A stretch of 64,000 nt of DNA from Polyangiaceae bacterium (GCA_044376115.1 JBILLK010000009.1:192001-256000); one strand, 5' to 3'; numbered from the stretch's first letter, positions 41,002 through 51,038 are shown. A program made the numbers and translations. Notes: generated by a model from the sequence alone, not told the origin.

Positions 41002-42936
41002 ATGACTTGGCTGCGCGGTCTTCTGGTTGTGCTTTGTCTCAGCTGTGAGGGGGCCGAAGAGGATTCGCTTCTTCAAGGGAAGGCCTGCAGCGAAGAAGGG
41101 CTCTGCGCTAGCGGCTTTGAGTGTCGGCAAGGGCGCTGTGAACGGCCAGGTGCAGGTGGCGCTGGGAATGGCGGCGCGGCCGGAATGAACCCCGGTGGTG
41201 GCGGCGCCGGCGGCGGTACGGCTGGGTCGGGTGGCACGGCTGGGTCGGGCGGTATGGGAGGTTGCGCCTCAGTGACCGACTGCCCGCCTCCGGCGAACGG
41301 CTGTGAGGTCCCGGTTTGCATCGGCGGTCTCTGCGGCACCAGCGCCTTGCCGCAAGGGGTTGAGGTTGCACAGCAGGTCGACGGCGACTGCAAGGTGCGG
41401 ATTTGTGACGGCGCAGGCGCTGAAGTCGAGCTGCTCGATGACAGCGATCTCCCGGTCGATGCGCAGAGCTGCACCTCCGACGTTTGTTTGAGTGGCGCTC
41501 CAAGCAACCCTCCGGAGAACCTTGGGGTTAGCTGCGGACTTGGCGGCCAGTGTGACGGCATGGGCCAGTGCATCGAGTGCACGTCAGCCAGTGACTGCTC
41601 GATGCTCCCGCCAGATGGGGAGTGCCAATCCCGCGCCTGCGTTGATGGCGTATGCGAGCTCAACTTTGTTCCGCTCGACACGGCGGTGAGTCTCCAGACC
41701 CAAGGTGATTGCAAAGCGGTCGTGTGCGACGGCATGGGTGGGACGGTCGTCATCAATGACGACTCCGACGTTCCCGTGCCTGTGGCCGGCTGTTCGATGG
41801 GCGAGTGCAACGCTGGAACTCCGGCGGAAGTGTTCCGTCCGGTGGGAACGATGTGCAGCGCTGGTACCTGCAACGCTGTGGGGCAGTGCACCGGCTGCAC
41901 GCTACCGGTGGAGTGCGGGCAAGAAAGCTTTTGTGCCGCAAACACCTGCAATGCCGGCGTTTGCGGTACCAGCTTGACCGCCGCAGGTACGCCTTTGCCT
42001 GGGCAGACGGCCGGAGACTGCCGCGAACTCCGATGCGACGGCTTGGGCGCCGCTCAGGAGTTCGCCGACGATAGCGATCTCCCAGCCGATGACGGCAACC
42101 CTTGCACGGATGAAGCTTGCGTGACGGGCAGTGCGCAGCACCCGAACAGTCCGCTCAACGTCGTCTGCCCAGCGGGCTTCTGCGACGGTGCTGGAGCTTG
42201 CCAAGAGTGCAATTCGCCCTCGCAATGCCCAAGCGGTGGACTCTGCGAAGTGGCGCAATGCGCGTCGAATCAGTGCACGCTTGTTGCCGCGCCCGCTGGA
42301 AGTGTCGCTGGAAGCGAGGTCCAAGTCGCTGGGGACTGCCAGGTCACGATTTGCCAGGCAGGGGGGGATCTCGCCACAGTGCCGCAGAACGCAGACCTCC
42401 CGGATGATGACGATGCGTGCACCCTCGACGTCTGCGTTGACGGTGAGCCTTCGTTTTCCAACGCTGCAGCAGGAACGCCGTGCCCAGGCGGAACCTGCAT
42501 GGATGGGGATTGCTTGGCGTGCGGCGCGTCGGTACCGCCTACGGGTGGAGCGTGCCCGGCCGCCTGCACAGGCGGCTGTCAGAACGGTATCTGCACCATT
42601 GACTGCACCGCCGCCTCGTCGTGCAACAACACCACCATCAGCTGCCCCGCGGGGTTCGCTTGCAACGTCGTTTGCAATCACAACTCTGCCTGTGTTGGCT
42701 CCACCGTCCTATGCCCGAGCGAGCAAGCCTGCACCGCGCAGTGCCTCAAAGGCTGCAGCGGGCTTGAACTCGTCTGCGGGGCTGTGGGCACCTGCGACAT
42801 CGAGTGTGGCGCAGGCTCCGCTTGCAACAATACCAGCGTGAGTTGTGGTGGAAACGCGTGCACGGCCAGTTGCAGTGGCGCTTCCAAGCCAACGCTGACG
42901 GGCACCGCGAGTTGCGACCTCACCGCTTGCCCCTAG
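41002..42936 (+). CDS. Cys-rich repeat surface lipoprotein
   Basis: Signal ending CLSC, Gly linker, four QxxGDC...D(L/V)P...C repeats, Cys-rich tail. Confidence 0.8.
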   Translation: MTWLRGLLVVLCLSCEGAEEDSLLQGKACSEEGLCASGFECRQGRCERPGAGGAGNGGAAGMNPGGGGAGGGTAGSGGTAGSGGMGGCASVTDCPPPANGCEVPVCIGGLCGTSALPQGVEVAQQVDGDCKVRICDGAGAEVELLDDSDLPVDAQSCTSDVCLSGAPSNPPENLGVSCGLGGQCDGMGQCIECTSASDCSMLPPDGECQSRACVDGVCELNFVPLDTAVSLQTQGDCKAVVCDGMGGTVVINDDSDVPVPVAGCSMGECNAGTPAEVFRPVGTMCSAGTCNAVGQCTGCTLPVECGQESFCAANTCNAGVCGTSLTAAGTPLPGQTAGDCRELRCDGLGAAQEFADDSDLPADDGNPCTDEACVTGSAQHPNSPLNVVCPAGFCDGAGACQECNSPSQCPSGGLCEVAQCASNQCTLVAAPAGSVAGSEVQVAGDCQVTICQAGGDLATVPQNADLPDDDDACTLDVCVDGEPSFSNAAAGTPCPGGTCMDGDCLACGASVPPTGGACPAACTGGCQNGICTIDCTAASSCNNTTISCPAGFACNVVCNHNSACVGSTVLCPSEQACTAQCLKGCSGLELVCGAVGTCDIECGAGSACNNTSVSCGGNACTASCSGASKPTLTGTASCDLTACP

Positions 42937-42957
42937 CGTTCGCAGGCGGCGCCTTCG

Positions 42958-43989
42958 CTAAAACGCGCCGCCAATCAAGAGAGCGCAGCCGTCGCCAACA
43001 CAACGGCCCTGCACCTGAACCGCCTCGCTCTCCGCGTTGAACGCGGTGAGGTCCACCACCAAGCCCGTCGCACCTAGCAGCGCGAAGCCCGCAGCGAACC
43101 CAACCGCGACCCGTGCGCCTGTTTGGAAGTCCTGGCGACGTTGCAGGTGGTCCGCCGCCTCCACTTGAATCAACGCCAATCGTGCATCCTCTTCGGCTCC
43201 CGCGCGCGCAAATTCCAGCCCAATCGCGGCGCCGGCGGCTCCGAGCCCAAGGCCGAGCACCGCTAGCGAGGTCGGCAAAAGCCAACCCGGGCGAGAGGCC
43301 GGTACCGGGGCCTTGGCTGGTTCAGGCGTGGGCCTCAAAGCAGGCCCTTCTTGCGGCGGCGGAGCAAGGGCTGGTTCGCTCGCAGCGACCTCCAGTTGCA
43401 GCTCCACCAGCTGAGCTTTGTCGGCTGGGAGCTGAAGTTCAGTCGTTCGATCCTGATGGCCACGCAAGCCCAGCTCAATGACGTGACGCCCAGGCGCAAG
43501 ATCGCCGGTCCACGGGGTTACCCCGACGGCCGCCCCATCCACCAAAACGGTCGCGCCGCGAGGCGTGGTTCGCACGGTGACTTGCTGGACCCCTTTGGCC
43601 GCGAGCTTCTTCTCGAACAACACCACGCGCGCCGCAGTCGACTCACGGTCTTCGGCGGAGGGGGCGCGATAGAGGTACTCGCGCGCCCACGCTAGCGCGG
43701 CCGAATCATCGCCCATCGCCTCATACGCCAACGAGGCGTTGTAGGCGAAGGCAGGGTTCTCGATGATGGCGTCGGCGCGCAAGAACAGCTCAATGGCGTC
43801 CTTGTAGCGCTTCTCGGCGAAGGCCTTCTCGCCGGCCTCGAACTTTTGGAGCGCCAACGTCTTCTTCTCAGCGTCGGTGAGCGTCACCGGCGGTTCGGCT
43901 TCGGCGTTGGTCGTCACGCACAAGCCGAGGCCAACGCAGGTCAAGGTGGTCGCCAAAAGGAGCCCGCGGGCGAAGGGAAGGCGCGTCAT
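42958..43989 (-). CDS. TPR + PEGA domain membrane protein
   Basis: Signal peptide, TPR, TTPRGATVLVDG..VGVTP PEGA motif, C-terminal hydrophobic segments. Confidence 0.85.
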   Translation of the reverse strand: MTRLPFARGLLLATTLTCVGLGLCVTTNAEAEPPVTLTDAEKKTLALQKFEAGEKAFAEKRYKDAIELFLRADAIIENPAFAYNASLAYEAMGDDSAALAWAREYLYRAPSAEDRESTAARVVLFEKKLAAKGVQQVTVRTTPRGATVLVDGAAVGVTPWTGDLAPGRHVIELGLRGHQDRTTELQLPADKAQLVELQLEVAASEPALAPPPQEGPALRPTPEPAKAPVPASRPGWLLPTSLAVLGLGLGAAGAAIGLEFARAGAEEDARLALIQVEAADHLQRRQDFQTGARVAVGFAAGFALLGATGLVVDLTAFNAESEAVQVQGRCVGDGCALLIGGAF

Positions 43990-45474
43990 TTAGAACGTTG
44001 GTCTCTTGAGCGTAGGAGCGGTACTTGGGCTCGGTTTCGGAAGGGCGGCTGACGGCGCCGCTTTCGGTAGTGGCGCCCTCTGCGTGCTCTGCGACGGCTC
44101 TGCGCTTTTGGCAGAGACCGGCCGAGTGCTCGCTGTCACGCTCGCCGCGGGCTCGGGTGTCACGCTGGGGGTAGAGAGCCCCGTGTGGCTTGCCCCAGAG
44201 GCGCTCGGCAGCTCGCTCGTTGGGGCGGTTGCGACTTGCGGTGGGTCGGCTCGGTTCAGATACACAGCCGCGCCTATCCCTACGGCCCCAACGGCCAGCA
44301 ACGCGACCGCGTAGGGCAGCTTGGACGGGGTCGGCGCGGGGAGGGCCGAGGGCCGAGGCTCGTCGACCTCGGCTTCACTCGGCGGAACGGCAATCGGCGC
44401 GATTAGGCCTGTCATCGCCTGCGCGGTTTCGGGGTGACTGCCGCGCCTTCGCAGCCAGACCGAATCAAGCGAGGCCGAGCAGATGTCCTCGGTGACCCCG
44501 TTTGCCATGAGCCACTCGGCCAGGGCGACTCCCATCGTCCGAATGCTCTCCCAGCGTTTGTCAGGCTCCTTCTCAAGACCCTTCTCTAGGATTTGCCACA
44601 ACCCCGCGTCGACCGTGCCGTTGTCGAGCAGTGATGTCGGCGCCTTCTGAATGATTGCGCGAAGGAGCGCGAGTTGGTTGGGTTCGCGAAAGGGCAGATC
44701 CCCAGCGAGGAGCTCATACAAGACCACCGAAAATGACCAGATGTCGGAGCGCGCGTCGACGTCGGCGCCCGCGGCTTGTTCGGGGGATAAGTAGCCCGGG
44801 CTGCCCATCACCACGCCCTGGCCAGTAATGCGATCCGAGTCGGCCATCTCGATCTTCGCGATACCGAAGTCGATCAACTTCGGCTGCACGCCATCGTGCT
44901 CGAGTTTGGCCAGGAAGATATTGTCGGGCTTGAGATCGCGGTGCACGATTTTCTTCTCGTGAGCGGCGGCGAGCGCGTGCGCAATGGGCAGCAAAAGGCG
45001 AACCGCCTCCGTCGGGGGAAGCTTGCCTTCACGCTCGATTCGCGCGCCGAGGTCCTCTCCGTTGAGGGCCTCCATGACCAGGAATGGATGGCCCAGGTCG
45101 GTGCTACCGAAGTCGGTGACGCGAACGATCGCTGGGTGGTCGATGCGCGCCGCTGCTCGGGCCTCCTGCAGGACACGCTCGGTAGCGACGTCTTGTCTCC
45201 CGCCTGGCCTCACGACCTTGATGGCGACCTTGATGTCGAGAGCCGTATTGTGAGCGAGCCAAACCGAGCCCATTCCGCCGCTGCCCAAGCAGCGCTTGAG
45301 TTTGTACTTCCCGCCGAGCACCTGGCCGGCGTCCAACTCCTCGATCGGCTGCCCAAACAGCCTCGATTGGCGCCCACTGGGCTCCACTGCCATATCTCCC
45401 GACGAGACCGTCCGCTGCCGTCGGCTAGACGGTTCCTGATCCGGAGGCGGCTGGGTGGGGAGATCAGAACGCAA
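43990..45474 (-). CDS. Membrane Ser/Thr protein kinase
   Basis: GSGGMGSV, HRDLKPDN, DFG, GSPGYLSPE, TM; start could be 45474 (TTG) or 45393 (ATG). Confidence 0.93.
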   Translation of the reverse strand: MRSDLPTQPPPDQEPSSRRQRTVSSGDMAVEPSGRQSRLFGQPIEELDAGQVLGGKYKLKRCLGSGGMGSVWLAHNTALDIKVAIKVVRPGGRQDVATERVLQEARAAARIDHPAIVRVTDFGSTDLGHPFLVMEALNGEDLGARIEREGKLPPTEAVRLLLPIAHALAAAHEKKIVHRDLKPDNIFLAKLEHDGVQPKLIDFGIAKIEMADSDRITGQGVVMGSPGYLSPEQAAGADVDARSDIWSFSVVLYELLAGDLPFREPNQLALLRAIIQKAPTSLLDNGTVDAGLWQILEKGLEKEPDKRWESIRTMGVALAEWLMANGVTEDICSASLDSVWLRRRGSHPETAQAMTGLIAPIAVPPSEAEVDEPRPSALPAPTPSKLPYAVALLAVGAVGIGAAVYLNRADPPQVATAPTSELPSASGASHTGLSTPSVTPEPAASVTASTRPVSAKSAEPSQSTQRAPLPKAAPSAALPKPSPSTAPTLKRPTF

Positions 45475-45597
45475 TCTTTACAAGCTAGTTCTGCCGACCC
45501 CTAGAGCGCAACCGTTGCTCACAACGGTACCGCAGGGGCGACGTGGGGCTGGGCGCCGTTGTGGGCGGTCAACAAAGCGGCTGGTAAGTAAAGTTAC

Positions 45598-46026
45598 CTA
45601 TTGCAAGCGCAGGTGTTGCAGCATCGTGTGCATCCACTGGTCACAAGCTGCTGCCTGGGCGAGCCGGCAGGAGGCAAGATAGCTAATGCGTGTTTGCTCA
45701 ATCACGCAGTGAAACTCGTGCACGAAGAGCGGGCCGCGTTCTTTGTCGACGAAGGTAACCCTCGCCTCGACGCCAACGATCTCGGGGAATTCACGCTCGA
45801 CCAACGAGGCCAGCTCAAAGCCTCGCAGGGACCGCCTGCGTTCAGCGATGCTCGCGTCGACCGCCGAGCCCAAGGTCGCGTTGGGCGTGAGCCGCGCGCG
45901 CTCAATCACGAGCTGGAGCTCGGTTCCCTCGACGGTGACGATCTCGAGGCACTGCCGCGTCTGGTCCAAGAGCGTATGCACGTTGGGCAGCTGCAGAACC
46001 GCTTCATTGCAGTAGTACGGAATCAT
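45598..46026 (-). CDS. DcrB/DUF1795 (EagR)-like protein, putative T6SS adaptor
   Basis: 142 aa, N-terminal YxxNE..xLP pattern, predicted PsbP-like alpha/beta pattern, last gene of the vgrG operon. Confidence 0.6.
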   Translation of the reverse strand: MIPYYCNEAVLQLPNVHTLLDQTRQCLEIVTVEGTELQLVIERARLTPNATLGSAVDASIAERRRSLRGFELASLVEREFPEIVGVEARVTFVDKERGPLFVHEFHCVIEQTRISYLASCRLAQAAACDQWMHTMLQHLRLQ

Positions 46027-46940
46027 CCTGGGCCTTGGTTGGAAGAGGGGGCGCTCGAGCCGAGCTTCACGATGGCGCCGTCGAAGCCTGCGGCAAAGGC
46101 TGGGGAGGTTGTCGTCATCACGAGTTGGTTATCGGTGCCGAGCGCGGACAACCCAGCGAGTGCACGTGCTGGCTCGAGCCCGTGAAGCTCCGGCCGGTCG
46201 ATCAGGATGACTGACCCCGAAAGTCCGACGAGCGCAGCGGTTGCCGCGAACATGACTGCGTCGGCCTCGCTGGCCGAGAGCTCGCTGAGGTTTCGCAGCG
46301 GTCGCCCTCGCGAGGTGAGCCGGTTCAGGTTGTGATCGTAGCTGCAGCTCCCGGAAAGCCGCTCCAAAATACCGCTGAAACGCGCGGCTTTGCTCGGCTC
46401 GTCCGGCAGCTCAGCCAAGAACGAAGGGACCCATGAACACTTGCGGGGACCGGGGAAGGTGCGTAGAAACAGCTGATCCTCCTCGTCGAGCGAGTTTCCT
46501 CCTCCTCCAACGTCGAGCCGACGCTGCTCCGAGAAGTATTCGAACTTTGGGGTTTCGTCGTCGTGGCCGTAGCGCTCCATCAGGTAGCGCATGCGTGCAT
46601 CCACCTCGTCCTCTTCGTCGTCACGGAAGATGACCTCGGTCGGCACGATCGGGCTCGCAGCGCCGATGGTGGCCTGCTCATCGCTCGTCAGCTGCCACGA
46701 GAGAATCACTTTGCAACTCTGATTCTCCGGCCGAATGAAGGACTCCTCTTCGATCGACCGCTCGCCGATCGCCAACAGGGAACGGGCGGCGATGATCAGC
46801 TCGAGGAAGCGCGTTTTGCCGCTGCCGGGACCGCCCAAGATGAGCACGCGGTCATGGGCTAACTCGGGCCCCTTGGCGAAGCTGTAGGTCCCGTTGGCGA
46901 CGCCCAATACATCGATCGTCGTTACGCTAAAGAGCTTCAC
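46023..46940 (-). CDS. Degenerate ABC/AAA_21-like ATPase, copy 2
   Basis: Walker A GGPGSGKT, LSASE signature, ILIDRPE Walker B; GTGA overlap with the upstream paralog. Confidence 0.72.
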   Translation of the reverse strand: MKLFSVTTIDVLGVANGTYSFAKGPELAHDRVLILGGPGSGKTRFLELIIAARSLLAIGERSIEEESFIRPENQSCKVILSWQLTSDEQATIGAASPIVPTEVIFRDDEEDEVDARMRYLMERYGHDDETPKFEYFSEQRRLDVGGGGNSLDEEDQLFLRTFPGPRKCSWVPSFLAELPDEPSKAARFSGILERLSGSCSYDHNLNRLTSRGRPLRNLSELSASEADAVMFAATAALVGLSGSVILIDRPELHGLEPARALAGLSALGTDNQLVMTTTSPAFAAGFDGAIVKLGSSAPSSNQGPG

Positions 46941-47911
46941 GAGGGACTCCAAGAAGGACGCGTCGACGGCCGCGTGAGATTCTCGCCGCGTCCGAGCGAG
47001 ATGAGCTGCGAGCGTTGCACCGAGGCCGCTAGCCCCTCGTCATTGGTGGCAACGACCCATTGGTTGTTCTCGCCCAAACGAGCGAGCGACTGCACCCACG
47101 CAACCAGCCTGTCCGAAGGTACGTAGAGCTCGGGTCGATCGAGGATGATGATCGAGTGGTTCAAGCCGATCATCGCGGCGGTCGCGGCGATGATCACCAC
47201 GTCTGCCTCGGAGCTCGAGAGCTCGGCGAAGCGAAGCACGTCGCCGCTCTGGTTCTGAAAGCAAGCCGTTGCATCGCCGGTGCGGGCCGCCGGTTTGTAA
47301 CGGAGCGAAGGAGAGAGCAGCTCGAGGCCATGTGCAAAGTTGCGACTGCGAGCGGCGTCCTGCCGCAGCTCACCAAGAAAGCGCGGCACACAGCTGTACT
47401 TCTGCGGGTCTTTCGAACAACGCAGGAGCGCCTGCTCCACCTCGCTCGTGTTGTCTTCGCGAGCTCCCCACGCGCGCTGTCGAGCCTCGGAGAAGTATTC
47501 ACGCTTACCGTGCGCAGGGTCGTGATCGTACCGAGCGAGCCTACGGCTGACGGCGCGGTCCACCTCCACGCCAAGTCGTTTGCTGCCAAACTGAACGGCG
47601 GCTCTCGCCGTCTTGCCAATTCCAGCTCCCGCGCCCTCGGGCTCGAGCCCTTCGTCCAGCCAAAGCTCGAGTTCGACGCGCGCGTCGCTGCTCGCATCGT
47701 GCACCCAATCCGAGGACTGCACGATGCCCTGGTATCCGCCAGCGGCCTCAAACACGGCAAGCATCAGCTCGCATAGCCGCGTCTTGCCTGACGCTGGCGG
47801 CCCCGAAATCACGATCAGATCGTGCGGCCGACCCGTCGTCGCCGACATGAAGTCACATTCGATATCTGGGAGTGACGCCACTCCGCGCGAGGCCAGCCGG
47901 GATACTTTCAT
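46937..47911 (-). CDS. Degenerate ABC/AAA_21-like ATPase, copy 1
   Basis: Walker A GPPASGKT, LSSSE signature, IILDRPE Walker B. Confidence 0.72.
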   Translation of the reverse strand: MKVSRLASRGVASLPDIECDFMSATTGRPHDLIVISGPPASGKTRLCELMLAVFEAAGGYQGIVQSSDWVHDASSDARVELELWLDEGLEPEGAGAGIGKTARAAVQFGSKRLGVEVDRAVSRRLARYDHDPAHGKREYFSEARQRAWGAREDNTSEVEQALLRCSKDPQKYSCVPRFLGELRQDAARSRNFAHGLELLSPSLRYKPAARTGDATACFQNQSGDVLRFAELSSSEADVVIIAATAAMIGLNHSIIILDRPELYVPSDRLVAWVQSLARLGENNQWVVATNDEGLAASVQRSQLISLGRGENLTRPSTRPSWSPS

Positions 47912-47917
47912 AGGAGA

Positions 47918-49801
47918 TCAGTGTTCATCGATCAGGATCTTGTTCGCCTTGAGCACAATCGTGTCCTTATCCATGTAGATGAAGGACTTGCCAACCGAAA
48001 GGCTGGTGTTCTCATCGCCGATGATCGAATGCGTCTTGGCTTGCGAGAGCATGTTGCCAAGCGTCTTGAGTAGGCGCTCTTTGCCGACGACCGAGACGAG
48101 GTTTTCAACCACCTGCATCAGCTTGTCTTTGCCGACCCACTCGCGCTGGTTTTCGCCGATACGCTCCTCGTCGTCATTGCCGATCTCCATGCGGCGGTCA
48201 TTTCCGACCGATAGCTCTTTGTCGTTGTTGACGCGGGTCTTCATGTCCTTCTCGGCGCGGCTCTCGACGAGCTCGCTGCCGGCGGTATCGACGAAGCGCA
48301 GCAGGTTGTAGCCGCCGGTATCGGGCACGCTCTTGCTGCGGAAGCCGCTCTCATTCTTGGCCGCAGGCAAAGCGAATGGGGGCCGGCGCAGGTTGGTGAA
48401 GATGCGCCCAACGATCACGGGCTCCTCGGGGTTACCACCGAGGAAGGTAACCAGCACCTCCTGCCCGATTCGCGGCAGGTTCACCATACCGAAGCCCTCG
48501 CCCGCCCACGGTTGGTTCACAGGCACCCAGCAGGAGGAGAGCTCGTCCATCTTGCCGTAGCGGTCCCAGTGAAACTGGACGCGCACTCGGCCGAACTCGT
48601 CGCAGTGAATCGTCTCACCTGCAGGTCCTACGACAGTGGCGCACTCAACGCCCGAGATGTTGGGTCGCGGTGTGACGCGCTCTGGCTTGAAGGAGGCCTC
48701 ACCGCTCACAGCTTTGGCCGAAATCTGGATACCCGACCCCGAGGTCCCCGAGAGCTCTACATGGGTGAGCAGCAGCTTCTTGAACTTGTCGGTGAGCGGG
48801 TGATTCGCGAGCGAAAGGACGCTGCCCGAGCGCAGCTCGAGGCAATTCGACTGGAAGGAGAAGCGTTGCGAACGCGCCACGCGAACCGCTGCGTCGCGCT
48901 CTGCGATCAGTCGTGCTTCCTCAACGTCGGTACGTACTCGTCCGCGGTCATCCGCGGTGGGCGTGTCCTTCGGACCGTTGTTGCCGAACCTGAACGCGCC
49001 CGGCGTGTAGTTGAAGGACTCGAGTCGTGACTCCAGCGGGTGCTCGCTCGAGTTGGCCTGCGCCAAGAGCGGTTGGTTGGGAAGACGCGGATCGTGATCA
49101 GCGAAGGTCGTGCGCCCTTGCCGCACCGAGCGCTCGGCCCGCAGTCCGGTTGCGTACAGGTGCGGGCCGGCCGTGACCTCCCCGACGTGCTCGAGGGGAG
49201 TGGCCCGCGGGGCTGCTTTTTCGGGGGCGTCGCGCAGCACTACAACCGTCCCGCTGTCGCGTTGCTCCAGCACGAAGCTGATGCCAGCGTCCTCCAGCAG
49301 ACGACTGATAAAGGCGAAGTCGGTCTCCTGGTATTGAACGCGGTACTTCTTCGTCTTGTAGCTGCTCTCGCAAAGCGACTCGTGGGGTAGTCCCCACTCC
49401 TTCAGCAGCGAGGTCACCACCTCGAGGTCGGTCTGCTGCTGGAACACCCGGCAGTTGGTGCGCTGGGTCAGCAGCCACAACGCAGGAACGAGACGGATGC
49501 GATAGGTGGATAGCCCCTTATCCTCCGAGGCAACCTGCTCGATATTCGACACCACCCCGTTCCAACTCGGCGACGGCGTATCCGGCAATGCGAGCGGGTT
49601 CAGCCCGATCCGAAACATCGCTTGCGCTCCCACCGTGGCTTCGAAATCAACGCCGGGGTTCGAGCAGCGAACGAGAAGGTCGACCGAGAACAGCGTGTTG
49701 ACGCCCTCGTTCACCTTGAACTCGCGAACATCGAAGATGTCCGTCGAGTCCACCTGAAGCTCCAGGTTTTGCGGAATATGCGGCAGGTTCTCGGTGCTCA
49801 T
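47918..49801 (-). CDS. vgrG: Type VI secretion spike protein VgrG (TssI), copy 2
   Basis: VQYQETDFAFISRLLE, DEFGRVRVQFHWDR, PRIGQEVLVTF..G.P..P, gp5-like repeats; start could also be 49819. Confidence 0.93.
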   Translation of the reverse strand: MSTENLPHIPQNLELQVDSTDIFDVREFKVNEGVNTLFSVDLLVRCSNPGVDFEATVGAQAMFRIGLNPLALPDTPSPSWNGVVSNIEQVASEDKGLSTYRIRLVPALWLLTQRTNCRVFQQQTDLEVVTSLLKEWGLPHESLCESSYKTKKYRVQYQETDFAFISRLLEDAGISFVLEQRDSGTVVVLRDAPEKAAPRATPLEHVGEVTAGPHLYATGLRAERSVRQGRTTFADHDPRLPNQPLLAQANSSEHPLESRLESFNYTPGAFRFGNNGPKDTPTADDRGRVRTDVEEARLIAERDAAVRVARSQRFSFQSNCLELRSGSVLSLANHPLTDKFKKLLLTHVELSGTSGSGIQISAKAVSGEASFKPERVTPRPNISGVECATVVGPAGETIHCDEFGRVRVQFHWDRYGKMDELSSCWVPVNQPWAGEGFGMVNLPRIGQEVLVTFLGGNPEEPVIVGRIFTNLRRPPFALPAAKNESGFRSKSVPDTGGYNLLRFVDTAGSELVESRAEKDMKTRVNNDKELSVGNDRRMEIGNDDEERIGENQREWVGKDKLMQVVENLVSVVGKERLLKTLGNMLSQAKTHSIIGDENTSLSVGKSFIYMDKDTIVLKANKILIDEH

Positions 49802-49947
49802 GGGATCGACGGATTGCATACTATGTGCCTCTCAGATCGGAAGTAGGGGCTGTCGTGAGGGGGCTCGTCGCCCTGGGCTCCCAGATTCAGAATTCGTACA
49901 AGTGCGTGCCCGTGCTGAACGACGAGTACACGGCCTGCACAGTGGGC

Positions 49948-50439
49948 TTACGGGAGATTTTTGACCCACTCATCCAGGTGCGGACCCGGGTCCATGATGT
50001 CGCTGCGGCGAAGGTAGGGACCTTTGTTACTGCGTAGCGCGGTGTGGAGGTTGCCCTTCGAATACATCTCTAAGTGCAGCATGTGCCCGCGCGGACCGGA
50101 GGCCTTGAAGCCGGTCATCAACCCAACTTTGCAGATGGGCTGACCCTTCTTCACCGTGGTCCCGCGCCTCGCGCTATTGGTGCTGCCCTTCAGAATCTCG
50201 CCATAACGAACGAGATAAGGCCCGTGCTGGTAGGTCACGTAGTAGGTGCCTAAGTAGAACAGCGTCTCTTCGTGCACCAGCACACCGTCGGAGACAGCGT
50301 AGATCTGCTCGTACGCCGGTTTGATCAGATCGCAGCCGCCGTGCTTCCTTCTGCCTTTGTTGCGGGACGCGCCGAAGCCGCGGCTACCTTTCCAGTCGTC
50401 GCTCGGAGGGGTTTTGAACGGGAAGCAGAAGTCTGCCAT
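49948..50439 (-). CDS. M23/LytM-family peptidase-like protein, candidate T6SS cargo, copy 2
   Basis: FGxxR, HGGCD (HxxxD), V.KGQ.I..VG, MLHLE, DP; no signal peptide. Confidence 0.78.
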   Translation of the reverse strand: MADFCFPFKTPPSDDWKGSRGFGASRNKGRRKHGGCDLIKPAYEQIYAVSDGVLVHEETLFYLGTYYVTYQHGPYLVRYGEILKGSTNSARRGTTVKKGQPICKVGLMTGFKASGPRGHMLHLEMYSKGNLHTALRSNKGPYLRRSDIMDPGPHLDEWVKNLP

Positions 50440-50465
50440 TGGGGCTTTCTTTCTCGGCTCGCCAG

Positions 50466-50969
50466 TCAGCCGGGCGGTGGATTCTTCACCCAGATATCGA
50501 GGTGCGGACCCGGGTCGATGACGTCGCTACGGCGTTGATAGGGACCACGATCGCTCCTGAGCGTCGTATGCAGGTTGCCCTTGGAGTACATCTCGATGTG
50601 CAACATGGTGCCGCGCTTCTTGCCCTTCTTGTCGATCAGCTGACCGACCTTGGCGAGCGGCTCGCCCTTCTTGATCGTCTGCCCTTTCTTTGTGCGCGTG
50701 CTGCTCCCGCGCATGATCTCTCCGTAGCGCACGAGGTACGGACCGTGTTGGTAAGTCACGTAGTAGGTCTTCATGTAGAAGAACGTCTCTTCGTGCACCA
50801 ACACACCATCGGCCACGGCATAGATTTGCGTGCCGACCGGCTTGATGATGTCGCAGCCACCGTGCTTGCGACGCCCCTTGTCGCGTCGCGCTCCGAAGTT
50901 GCGCGCACCGGTATGCCAACTGACGCTGGGCGGCGTCTTGAATGGGAAGTAAAAGTCTGAGGTTGACAA
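50466..50969 (-). CDS. M23/LytM-family peptidase-like protein, candidate T6SS cargo, copy 1
   Basis: HGGCD, MLHIE; close paralog of 49948-50439. Confidence 0.78.
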   Translation of the reverse strand: MSTSDFYFPFKTPPSVSWHTGARNFGARRDKGRRKHGGCDIIKPVGTQIYAVADGVLVHEETFFYMKTYYVTYQHGPYLVRYGEIMRGSSTRTKKGQTIKKGEPLAKVGQLIDKKGKKRGTMLHIEMYSKGNLHTTLRSDRGPYQRRSDVIDPGPHLDIWVKNPPPG

Positions 50970-51038
50970 GAGGCGCTCCTTTCTCGGTCAGAATTACTAG
51001 TTATTCAGCAAACAGCGTGCCGGAAGACGGTCTCATGC

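Noticed and set aside
41212..41250. Imperfect 18-bp tandem duplication
   Set aside because: Encodes a GGTAGS linker, common in these lipoproteins
46023..47911. Interpretation as an anti-phage defence ATPase system (OLD/PARIS/Septu-like)
   Set aside because: No adjacent nuclease or TOPRIM partner, catalytic residues are degenerate, and the genes are coupled to vgrG
49820..50037. Possible immunity gene or sigma54 site between M23 and vgrG (ORF 49825-50037)
   Set aside because: The ORF is antisense, overlaps M23 and lacks a signal peptide; the GGCACG motif lacks a correctly spaced GC
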